Positions 12,916 to 22,921 of a stretch of 64,000 bases of DNA are shown piece after piece. The translations under genes and the position numbers were made by a program. The stretch's first letter is position 1. Each line of letters starts with the position of its first letter. The stretch comes from Octopus sinensis (lineage: Eukaryota), in NCBI RefSeq assembly GCF_006345805.1, contig NC_043000.1:115692001-115756000 (forward strand), written 5' to 3'. The notes under the pieces are model-generated. The model had not been told where the DNA came from, did no database searches, and was given only the letters and a program-made list of their open reading frames with translations.

Positions 12916-13007
12916 AACTTAACTCTTGGTTGCAAACTAAATGATAATAGGTAATAAGCAATTGAATGCTGTATGCCAAAAAAAGATTGTACAAAAATAA
13001 TTAACGA

Positions 13008-13103
13008 TCTCGCGAGACGGATTCGAACCACCGACCTAAAGATGACAGTCACATATTATTATACCTCTACAGTCCTCCGCTCTACCAACTGAGCTATCGC
13101 GAG
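13008..13103 (-). tRNA. trnY: tRNA-Tyr(GTA) copy 12, C41T
   Basis: Same variant as copy 1. Confidence 0.85.
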
Positions 13104-13195
13104 AACTGAATTGTTGGTTGCAAACTAAATGATAATAAGTAATAAGCGCTTGAATGCTGTATGCCAAAAAAAGATTGTACAAAAATAATTAACGA

Positions 13196-13453
13196 TCTCG
13201 CGAGACGGATTCGAACCACCGACCTAAGGATGACAGTCACATATTATTATACCTATTTCTTTATTACCCACAAGGGGCTAAACATAGAGGGGACAAACAA
13301 GGACAGACATAGGTATTAAGTCGATTACATCGACCCCAGTGCGTAACTGGTACTAAATTTATCGACCCCGAAAGGATGAAAGGAAAAGTCGACCTCAGTC
13401 ACATATTATTATACCTCTACAGTCCTCCGCTCTACCAACTGAGCTATCGCGAG
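13196..13453 (-). tRNA. trnY: tRNA-Tyr(GTA) copy 13, perfect exons with 185-nt SINE-bearing intron
   Basis: Exons match the consensus; SINE at 13255-13397. Confidence 0.75.
13255..13397 (-). mobile_element. SINE-A (143 bp) in tRNA intron
   Basis: Same insertion point and TSD as 11411-11553. Confidence 0.93.
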
Positions 13454-13545
13454 AACTGAAGTGTTGGTTGCAAAATAAATGATAATAGGTAATAAGCGCT
13501 TGAATGCTGTATGCCAAAAAAAGATTGTACAAAAATAATTAACGA

Positions 13546-13641
13546 TCTCGCGAGACGGATTCGAACCACCGACCTAAGGATGACAGTTACATATTATTAT
13601 ACCTCTACAGTCCTCCGCTCTACCAACTGAGCTATCGCGAG
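13546..13641 (-). tRNA. trnY: tRNA-Tyr(GTA) copy 14, consensus
   Basis: Intact cloverleaf. Confidence 0.93.
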
Positions 13642-13733
13642 AACTGAAATGTTGGTTGCAAAATAAATGATAATAGTTAATAAGCGCTTGAATGCTGTAT
13701 GCCAAAAAAAGATTGTACAAAAATAATTAACGA

Positions 13734-13829
13734 TCTCGCGAGACGGATTCGAACCACCGACCTAAGGATGACAGTCACATATTATTATACCTCTACAGTC
13801 CTCCGCTCTACCAACTGAGCTATCGCGAA
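13734..13829 (-). tRNA. trnY: tRNA-Tyr(GTA) copy 15, C1 lost (T1)
   Basis: Same variant as copy 3. Confidence 0.7.
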
Positions 13830-13920
13830 ACTGAATTGTTGGTTGCAAACTAAATGATAATAAGTAATAAGCGCCTGAATGCTGTATGCCAAAAAAAGAT
13901 TGTACAAAAATAATTAACGA

Positions 13921-14178
13921 TCTTTCGAGACGGATTGGAACCACCGACCTAAGGATGAGAGTTACATATTATTATACCTATTTCTTTATAACCCACAATG
14001 GGCTAAACATAGAGGGGACAAACAAGGACAGACATAGGTATTAAGTCGATTACATCGACCCCAGTGCGTAACTGGTACTTAATTTATCGACCCCGGAAGG
14101 ATGAAAGGAAAAGTCGACCTCGGTCACATATTATTATACCTCTACAGTCTTCCGCTCTACCAACTGAGCTATCGCGAG
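13921..14178 (-). pseudogene. trnY: tRNA-Tyr copy 16, SINE in intron, G57C, acceptor mismatches, G29A
   Basis: Same haplotype as copy 4 with extra changes. Confidence 0.85.
13980..14122 (-). mobile_element. SINE-A (143 bp) in tRNA intron
   Basis: Same insertion point and TSD. Confidence 0.93.
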
Positions 14179-14270
14179 AACTGAAGTGTTGGTTGCAAAA
14201 TAAATGATAATAGGTAATAAGCGCTTGAATGCTGTATGCCAAAAAAAGATTGTACAAAAATTATTAACGA

Positions 14271-14366
14271 TCTCGCGAGACGGATTCGAACCACCGACCT
14301 AAGGATGACAGTTACATATTATTATACCTCTACAGTCCTCCGCTCTACCAACTGAGCTATCGCGAG
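14271..14366 (-). tRNA. trnY: tRNA-Tyr(GTA) copy 17, consensus
   Basis: Intact cloverleaf. Confidence 0.93.
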
Positions 14367-14458
14367 AACTGAAGTGTTGGTTGCAAACTAAATGATAATA
14401 GGTAATAAGCGCTTGAATGCTGTATGCCAAAAAAAGATTGTATAAAAATAATTAACGA

Positions 14459-14554
14459 ACTCGAGAGACGGATTCGAACCACCGACCTAAGGATGACAGT
14501 CACATATTATTATACCTCTACAGTCCTCCGCTCTACCAACTGAGCTATCGCGAG
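14459..14554 (-). pseudogene. trnY: tRNA-Tyr copy 18, A73T, G68T
   Basis: actcgagag 3' end. Confidence 0.7.
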
Positions 14555-14646
14555 AACTGAAGTGTTGGTTGCAAACTAAAGGATAATAGGTAATAAGCAC
14601 TTGAATGCTGTATGCCAAAAAAAGATCGTACAAAAATAATTAACGA

Positions 14647-14742
14647 TCTCGCGAGACGGATTCGAACCACCGACCTAAGGATGACAGTTACATATTATTA
14701 TACCTCTACAGTCCTCCGCTCTACCAACTGAGCTATCGCGAG
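14647..14742 (-). tRNA. trnY: tRNA-Tyr(GTA) copy 19, consensus
   Basis: Intact cloverleaf. Confidence 0.93.
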
Positions 14743-14833
14743 AACTGAATGTTGGTTGCAAACTAAATGATAATAAGTAATAAGCGCTTGAATGCTGTAT
14801 GCCAAAAAAAGATTGTACAAAAATAATTAACGA

Positions 14834-15091
14834 TCTCGCGAGACGGATTCGAACCACCGACCTAAGGATGACAGTCACATAATATTATACCTATTTCTTT
14901 ATTACCCACAAGGGGCTAAACATAGAGGGGACAAACAAGGACAGACATAGGTATTAAGTCGATTACATCGACCCCAGTGCGTAACTGGTACTAAATTTAT
15001 CGACCCCGAAAGGATGAAAGGAAAAGTCGACCTCAGTCACATATTATTATACCTCTACAGTCCTCCGCTCTACCAACTGAGCTATCGCGAG
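14834..15091 (-). tRNA. trnY: tRNA-Tyr(GTA) copy 20, perfect exons with 185-nt SINE-bearing intron
   Basis: Exons match the consensus; SINE at 14893-15035. Confidence 0.75.
14893..15035 (-). mobile_element. SINE-A (143 bp) in tRNA intron
   Basis: Same SINE haplotype as copy 13. Confidence 0.93.
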
Positions 15092-15183
15092 AACTGAAGT
15101 GTTGGTTGCAAAATAAATGATAATAGGTAATAAGCGCTTGAATGCTGTATGCCAAAAAAAGATTGTACAAAAATTATTAACGA

Positions 15184-15279
15184 TCTCGCGAGACGGATTG
15201 GAACCACCGACCTAAGGATGACAGTTACATATTATTATACATCTACTGTCCTCCGCTCTACCAACTGAGCTATCGCGAG
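15184..15279 (-). pseudogene. trnY: tRNA-Tyr copy 21, G57C and T33A
   Basis: attggaacc and ctactgtc variants. Confidence 0.8.
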
Positions 15280-15371
15280 AACTGAAGTGCTGGTTGCAAA
15301 CTAAATGATAATAGGTAATAAGCGCTTGAATGCTGTATGCCAAAAAAAGATTGTACAAAAATAATTAACGA

Positions 15372-15468
15372 TCTCGCGAGACGGATTCGAACCACCGACC
15401 TAAGGATGACAGTTACATATTATTATACCTCTACAGTCCCCCCGCTCTACCAACTGAGCTATCGCGAG
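15372..15468 (-). pseudogene. trnY: tRNA-Tyr copy 22, altered anticodon stem (+1 nt)
   Basis: cagtccccccg versus consensus cagtcctccg. Confidence 0.65.
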
Positions 15469-15560
15469 AACTGAAATGTTGGTTGCAAAATAAATGATAA
15501 TAGTTAATAAGCGCTTGAATGCTGTATGCCAAAAAAAGATTGTACAAAAATAATTAACGA

Positions 15561-15656
15561 TCTCGCGAGACGGATTCGAACCACCGACCTAAGGATGACA
15601 GTCACATATTATTATACCTCTACAGTCCTCCGCTCTACCAACTGAGCTATCGCGAA
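15561..15656 (-). tRNA. trnY: tRNA-Tyr(GTA) copy 23, C1 lost (T1)
   Basis: Same variant as copies 3 and 15. Confidence 0.7.
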
Positions 15657-15747
15657 ACTGAATTGTTGGTTGCAAACTAAATGATAATAAGTAATAAGCG
15701 CCTGAATGCTGTATGCCAAAAAAAGATTGTACAAAAATAATTAACGA

Positions 15748-16005
15748 TCTTTCGAGACGGATTGGAACCACCGACCTAAGGATGACAGTTACATATTATT
15801 ATACCTATTTCTTTATAACCCACAATGGGCTAAACATAGAGGGGACAAACAAGGACAGACATAGGTATTAAGTCGATTACATCGACCCCAGTGCGTAACT
15901 GGTACTTAATTTATCGACCCCGGAAGGATGAAAGGAAAAGTCGACCTCGGTCACATATTATTATACCTCTACAGTCCTCCGCTCTACCAACTGAGCTATC
16001 GCGAG
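15748..16005 (-). pseudogene. trnY: tRNA-Tyr copy 24, SINE in intron, G57C, acceptor mismatches
   Basis: Same haplotype as copies 4 and 16. Confidence 0.85.
15807..15949 (-). mobile_element. SINE-A (143 bp) in tRNA intron
   Basis: Same insertion point and TSD. Confidence 0.93.
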
Positions 16006-16097
16006 AACTGAAGTGTTGGTTGCAAAATAAATGATAATAGGTAATAAGCGCTTGAATGCTGTATGCCAAAAAAAGATTGTACAAAAATTATTAACGA

Positions 16098-16193
16098 TCT
16101 CGCGAGACGGATTCGAACCACCGACCTAAGGATGACAGTTACATATTATTATACCTCTACAGTCCTCCGCTCTACCAACTGAGCTATCGCGAG
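16098..16193 (-). tRNA. trnY: tRNA-Tyr(GTA) copy 25, consensus
   Basis: Intact cloverleaf. Confidence 0.93.
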
Positions 16194-16285
16194 AACTGAA
16201 GTGTTGGTTGCAAACTAAATGATAATAGGTAATAAGCGCTTGAATGCTGTATGCCAAAAAAAGATTTTATAAAAATAATTAACGA

Positions 16286-16373
16286 ACTCGAGAGACGGAT
16301 TCGAACCACCGACCTAAGGATGACAGTCACATACCTCTACAGTGCTCCGCTCTACCAACTGAGCTATCGCGAG
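16286..16373 (-). pseudogene. trnY: tRNA-Tyr copy 26, 15-nt intron, A73T, G68T, G30C
   Basis: Same haplotype as copy 10. Confidence 0.75.
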
Positions 16374-16464
16374 AACTGAAGTTTTGGTTGCAAACTAAAT
16401 GATAATAGGTAATAAGCGCTTGAATGCTGTATGCCAAAAAAGATTGTACAAAAATAATTAACGA

Positions 16465-16560
16465 TCTCGCGAGACGGATTCGAACCACCGACCTAAGGAT
16501 GACAGTTACATATTATTATACCTCTACAGTCCTCCGCTCTACCAACTGAGCTATCGCGAG
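16465..16560 (-). tRNA. trnY: tRNA-Tyr(GTA) copy 27, consensus
   Basis: Intact cloverleaf. Confidence 0.93.
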
Positions 16561-16652
16561 AACTGAAGTGTTGGTTGCAAACTAAATGATAATAGGTAAT
16601 AAGCGCTTGAATGCTGTATGCCAAAAAAAGATTGTACAAAAATAATTAACGA

Positions 16653-16748
16653 TCTCGCGAGACGGATTCGAACCACCGACCTAAGGATGACAGTTACATA
16701 TTATTATACCTCTACAGTCCTCCGCTCTACCAACTGAGCTATCGCGAG
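16653..16748 (-). tRNA. trnY: tRNA-Tyr(GTA) copy 28, consensus
   Basis: Intact cloverleaf. Confidence 0.93.
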
Positions 16749-16840
16749 AACTGAAGTGTTGGTTGCAAACTAAATGATAATAGGTAATAAGCGCTTGAAT
16801 GCTGTATGCCAAAAAAAGATTTTATAAAAATAATTAACGA

Positions 16841-16936
16841 TCTCGCGAGACGGATTCGAACCACCGACCTAAGGATGACAGTCACATATTATTATACCTC
16901 TACAGTCCTCCGCTCTACCAACTGAGCTTTTGCGAG
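16841..16936 (-). pseudogene. trnY: tRNA-Tyr copy 29 (terminal), G6A and T8A
   Basis: gagcttttgcgag versus consensus gagctatcgcgag. Confidence 0.75.
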
Positions 16937-17232
16937 AACTGAACTCTTGGTTGCAAAATAAATGATAATAGGTAATAAGCACTTGAATGCCAGACGGCTA
17001 GTTCTGTTTTAGTGTATAAGTATTGTTATATTATTGTCTGTCGCGTGACATAGTTAACACAACAGGTTACTCGCTTTAGGCAGCAACTTCGTATGTATAT
17101 ATATATATATACTGACTACTGTGTTTGTGTGTGTGTGTGTGTGAGCCGAAGATGTACATACACAAACACAACTACGCATATAGACACACACGCACACTGA
17201 AGCACATCGTTCTGTTTCCCTGATGTAATCTG

Positions 17233-17310
<78 letters not shown>

Positions 17311-18012
17311 CGTTTGTGAGTGTGTGAGTGTGTATGTGTATGTGAATGTATGTGTATATGTGTTCGTGTGTGTCTACATATGCACATGTATATCTATGAT
17401 ACATGTGTGAATCCATGTATTATATATATTTTATCTTTTGATTGAGGCAATGTCTGGTAATTATTCTATTAGCATATTTTGCAGAACTGCTAAGTTACGG
17501 GGACGTTATCAAACAAACACCGGTTGTCAAGCGCTGATAGTGGTCAAACCTAAACACAAAGATACACACACACTTACATGCATATATTAGACGGGCTTCC
17601 ACACAGTTACTGCTGTAAAAATTAACACTTCCCTCTCCAAGCCTAGATTCGAAACCGAATCTAAGAATTCTCGTTCGTCCAAACCACCACGATCAACAGG
17701 CACGAAAAAAGATTTTCTTTGTCCTATCAAAAAGTGATTGATTATCTCCCTTTGACCTACAACCTCAGCCATGTCAGGCGAAGTTCAAATGGACAGGAGC
17801 TGACCTATTTTGGTACAAATTCTTCTGCAGTATGCCTGTCCTTCTAGCTGCCATGATTATTATAAATACGGTGGTCAACAGAGGGACAGACAAGAAAAAA
17901 GGCCAAGCAGGCAAACGAGAAAGGTCTACGACACGACAGAAGGTTCTGGCAGACCGCAGAGACCGAGAGTAATGTTCGAAGTTCCACGGTAGACTACTGT
18001 CTCCGACGAACT

Positions 18013-18055
<43 letters not shown>

Positions 18056-18107
18056 AACATTCATTTCTGACATATCACTTCCACAGATGTACCCTGTTTC
18101 GTATTTC

Positions 18108-18523
18108 TTATTTTTTTATTGCCCACAAGGGGCTAAACATAGAGGGGACAAACAAGGACAGACAAAGGGATTAAGTCGATGACATCGACCCCAGTGCGTA
18201 ACTGGTACTTAATTCATCAACCCCGAAAGGATGAAAGGCAAAGTCAACCTCGGCGGAAATTGAACTCAGAACGTAACGGCAGACGAAATATCTATTTCTT
18301 TACTACCCACAAGGGGCTAAACACAGAGAAGACAAACAAGGACAGACAAACGGATTAAATCGATTATATCGACTCCAGTGCCTAAATGGTACTTAATTTA
18401 TCGACCCCGAAAGGATGAAAGGCAAAGTCGACCTCGGTGGAATTTGAACTCAGAACGTAGCGGCAGACGAAATACCGCTACACATTTCGCCCGGCGTGCT
18501 AACGATTCTGCCAGCTCGCCGCC
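18108..18523 (-). mobile_element. SINE-A with tandemly duplicated 3' part
   Basis: Head at 18523; second body restarts after the first tail near 18290. Confidence 0.85.
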
Positions 18524-18872
18524 CTGTTTCTATTTCTAGCAACTCGTTGCGGTTGTCAACATTTTGCATGTAGTGAAGAATTATGTATACCAATGACAAA
18601 TTAAGTCCAGTGAATAAATTATTTTTAACTATGAATCGATTCACTCATTTGTTTACTTCCAAGACATACACATTCCTTATGCACCCGTTCACCTGATACA
18701 CACATTTCACCACAACACCGTCTACCAAATTAACTTACAAGGCATTGCTCGGCTCAGACTTTTATCCAAGATGTCATAAAGTGGGACTGAACCTGGATCC
18801 ATGTGGTTCGGAAGAAAATGTCTTATTACACAGCCCAACATCTATGTATATACATGAAATGTTTATAAATGC

Positions 18873-18933
<61 letters not shown>

Positions 18934-19992
18934 TATATATATATATATATGTTCTATTTTATTAACATATTATACGACTAAACGCACGCACCCTATTAAG
19001 TAAGATTGTTCTGTTTATCAAGTTAGCCTTGATATTAACTCTCACGCGACTCTGCATCTTTCTTTCTTTCTCTCCCATTCCCTTTTTCGTTTTTTTTCCC
19101 TCACTTAACTTGTCTCTTCCTCTCTCTCTCATTCTTCATTCTCTCTCTCCCTTTCACCATTCTTCATGGTCTCCTCGCACCATTCCCCTTCTTCTTCTCT
19201 CTCTTCCTCTTGCTCCTCCTCCCCCATTCCCGTCGTCCATCTGCGACGATACTTCCGTCGTAACTGCTATCCTGTCTTTTCTCGCCCGCCTTCTAAGGCT
19301 ACTGGTCGACATTTTTTCTCTCTCGTCGTCCACTTTAATCCAGCGTTTGCAATACTTTTTTCGTCTGGCGTTAACAGCCCTTCTTATCTTGTTCTCCTTG
19401 TCCTGTCTCTCACTGTTATATATTTATTTTTCCACTGTTTATATATATATTTTTTACTGTTTATATGTTTGTACTGTCGTTACCGTCTTGCTTTTTTTTA
19501 CCCCTCTGCGAAAAGATCTCAGAATTTTAATTGATTTGCTTTTCGCAGGAAGGAAGTTTTCTTCGAAGTATACGTCTCGCTTTTATCCTTCGAAACGTTT
19601 AGTAGATGAAACCTTAGCGACTGAAGAAGGGGATTTTTCGTTGTGCTTATTGTCCTGTATCTCTTTTTTTGCTTGTCTTGTTCCTTGGTTTGTGTCTATG
19701 TTTTCCGTCTCTCTATGTGTTCGACGTCTTTTTGGTGTCCTGTACACATATATGCGTGTATATGTACATGTAGAGGTAGGTACGTACATATATGTTTATA
19801 TATATGCATATGTTCTATTTTATTAACATATATATATATATATATACACGTTTTTACACACACTCACACATAGGCGCAGTCAAACGACAAACAAATAAAA
19901 GAATAAAAAAATATACATATACATATGCGTTACACAACACCTCTTTCCTCTTGTTACACACACACACACTCACACACATATACGCATACATA

Positions 19993-20070
19993 TAACACAT
20001 ACATGTACTTATATAAACACACAAACGCCCTCTCATATATACTTATATATATATAAAAGTATATATGTAA

Positions 20071-20151
<81 letters not shown>

Positions 20152-20288
20152 GTATGTATATATGTATAACATCTATGTATGTATACACACACATACGCAT
20201 ACACTTAACACATACATGTACTTATATAAACACACAACGCGATCTCATATATACTTATATATATATATAAAAGTATATATGTAAATAT

Positions 20289-20347
<59 letters not shown>

Positions 20348-20450
20348 GTATGTATATATGTATAACATCTATGTATGTATACATACGCATACACTTAACA
20401 CATACATGTAGTTATATAAACACACACAAACGCCCTCTTATATATACTTA
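19993..20450. repeat. Local tandem duplication, about 190-210 bp units containing (AT)n
   Basis: taacacatacatgta..ttatataaacacac recurs near 19995, 20207 and 20397. Confidence 0.75.
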
Positions 20451-20707
20451 TACACACATACACAAACATACACACACATATATATATTTATATGTATATG
20501 TATGTATATATATATATATTATATATATATATATATATGTATGTATATCTATCTATGTATATGTATATGTATGTATGTATGTATATCTATCTATGTATAT
20601 GTATGTATGTATGTATGTATATCTATCTATGTATATGTATATGTATGTATGTATGCATATCTATCTATGTATATGTATATGTATGTATGTATGTATATCT
20701 ATCTATG

Positions 20708-20751
<44 letters not shown>

Positions 20752-20841
20752 TATATCACTTGCTGTATTTTAATGAATACACTTCATCAGTGAACTCTCA
20801 CCAGCTGCGTTTTTAGTAAATGTTATTAACAGCTTGCCATT

Positions 20842-21585
20842 AAGGTGGCGAGCTGGCAGAAACGTTAGCACGCCGGGCGAAATGCTTCAGCGGTATTTCG
20901 TCTGCCTTTACGTTCTGAGTTCAAATTCCGCCGAGGTCGACTTTGCCTTTCATCCTTTCGGGGCCGATTAAATAAGTACCAGTTACGCACTTGGGTAGAT
21001 ATAATCGATTTAATCCGTTTTCTGCCCTTGTTTGTGTCCTCTATGTTTATCCCCTTGTGGGAAGTAAAGAAATAGGAATTTCGTCTGTGTCACGTTCTGA
21101 GTACCAGTTGCGTACTGGGATCGATTTAGTCGATTTAGTCGACTGGGTCCCAAAATTTCGGGGCTTGTACCTAGAGTAGAACAGATTATTTCAGCTTATG
21201 TAACGTAGCGAGCTGGCAGAAACCACTCCGGGCGAAATGCTTAACAGTATTTCGTCTGCTTTTATGTTCTGAGTTCAGTTCTCGCCGAGGTCAACTTTGC
21301 CTATCATCCTTTCGGGGTCGATTGTGTCCTGGAGTCGAACTAATCGGCTGGTCCCCTCCCCGAAAATTTCGGGCCTTGTCCCTAGAGTAGAAAAGATTAA
21401 GGCGGCGAGCTGGCAAAGTCCAGTTCATCAAATATCATTGGGGTCGACCTTGCCTTTCATCCTTTCGGGGTCGATTAAATAAGTACCAGTTACGCACTGG
21501 GGTCAATGTAATCGACTTAATCCGTTTGTCTGTCCTTGTTTGTCCCCTCTGTGTTTAGCCCCTTGTGGGTAGTAAAGAAATAGGC
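20842..21585 (+). mobile_element. Cluster of full and partial SINE-A copies
   Basis: Heads at about 20842, 21205 and 21400; tails at about 21075 and 21583. Confidence 0.85.
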
Positions 21586-22099
21586 TGTAATAGGACACAC
21601 TGGCACAAAAGCTGAACGCTCGTGGTTGCAAAGCGAGCTCCTTAACTACACAGCCGCTTTCGTATTAGCTTTTTAAAACCCGTGATTCAAATTTTTAAAA
21701 CTTTTCTAACACCAAAGCGGAAATACGTGACTTTTTCTCTTCTTTCTATTGTTCGCGTTTATAAATGTGGTCCATTGTCAAATAGTTAGAGTGACAGGGG
21801 AATGACTTTTCCTGAAACGAAAAGTCAACGTTTTATTTGCAATGCCGTACTTTCTTCCGCTATTCACACATATTTTAATGAATGCATCTGATTATCTGAT
21901 TGGTGACAAAAATGTACACCCACACATACAGGCACACACATATACATTAATGTATTCATATGAGCATATATATAGTTATGACTGTATACATACATACATA
22001 CATACATACATACATACATACATACACACACGCACATATATATATCTTTGGATTTGGTTTGCAAAATTCTTTACTTGAGTTCGTGTGTTGAAGTATATA

Positions 22100-22355
22100 C
22101 TGTTGTGTCTGCGGTGAGTCATTCTCTTTTAGCTCCTTATAATTAAAGACACTCACCGGTAAAGTTCCCTTTCATTTCCTTATTCATTTCTCTAAAATTC
22201 TTGATGCTTTTGCAACCTTTTCAATAGTCACTAAGGAAAAGATTACAAGACGCAGCGAAAATTTTAGAGAGAAAAAATAAATGAGTAAAAATTTTCCGGT
22301 GAGTATGTTAAATTATAAGGCTCTTAAAGAGAATGACTCTCCCCACACACTACAG
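22100..22355. mobile_element. MITE with about 70-bp imperfect TIRs and TA flanks
   Basis: 22100-22172 is an imperfect reverse complement of about 22285-22355; ORFs on opposite strands share NYK.LKENDSP. Confidence 0.7.
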
Positions 22356-22380
22356 TATATATATATATGTATATACATAC

Positions 22381-22425
<45 letters not shown>

Positions 22426-22845
22426 CATATTACACAAATATAAATATACATGTATATATATATATATATCACAGTAATATATATCTATTATATAAAATCC
22501 GCTCTGTGTGTGTGTGTGTGTGTGTCTTCTTGAATCTCGGGCATCCTCCATCCGATTGCGCTCAAATTTGATTTGTAGATACCGACGGTATCAGGGCGTG
22601 TATAAGTCTTGAAGAAATTACAAAAATCGATTCCAGATGAGAATGCGATCGATAAAGCTGTGGGAACGTGCATTTGTACGCGTAAGTACATCAGCTTTTG
22701 CGATCGATACTACGCGTGCGCGAGAAAAATGCACGTGCAGTTTGCGCAAAAAAAGCCGTCTGGCTTGAAATAATGCAGTTTGGTTTAAATGTTTGACAAC
22801 TCAGCACCGTCCATTGGGGGGGGTCGTTTTGCTCGTGTATATATA

Positions 22846-22876
<31 letters not shown>

Positions 22877-22921
22877 ATATAATATATATATTATATATAT
22901 ATATATATATATACATACATG

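Larger units (their letters stand above)
10746..16990 (-). repeat. Tandem array of 29 tRNA-Tyr(GTA) genes, unit about 187-188 bp (about 350 bp for SINE-bearing units)
   Basis: Each unit is a 96-nt tRNA gene plus about 91-92 bp spacer carrying T5 and T7 terminators on the minus strand; copies counted by hand. Confidence 0.97.

Noticed and set aside
11193-15771. 60-67 aa ORFs (MVRIRLARS...) inside the array
   Set aside because: By-products of reading through tRNA and spacer units; useful only as periodicity markers
10746-16990. CRISPR-like appearance of the regular repeat
   Set aside because: Spacers are near-identical rather than unique, the repeat is a tRNA gene, no cas genes are present, and the context is eukaryotic
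17771-17992. In-frame TGA joining MSGEVQMDRS to a 60-aa ORF (readthrough or Sec idea)
   Set aside because: No SECIS evidence, no redox motif, no recognisable homology
19029-19826. 265-aa plus-strand ORF
   Set aside because: Leu/Ser/Phe-rich product of pyrimidine-rich sequence; starts at a non-ATG codon; no recognisable family
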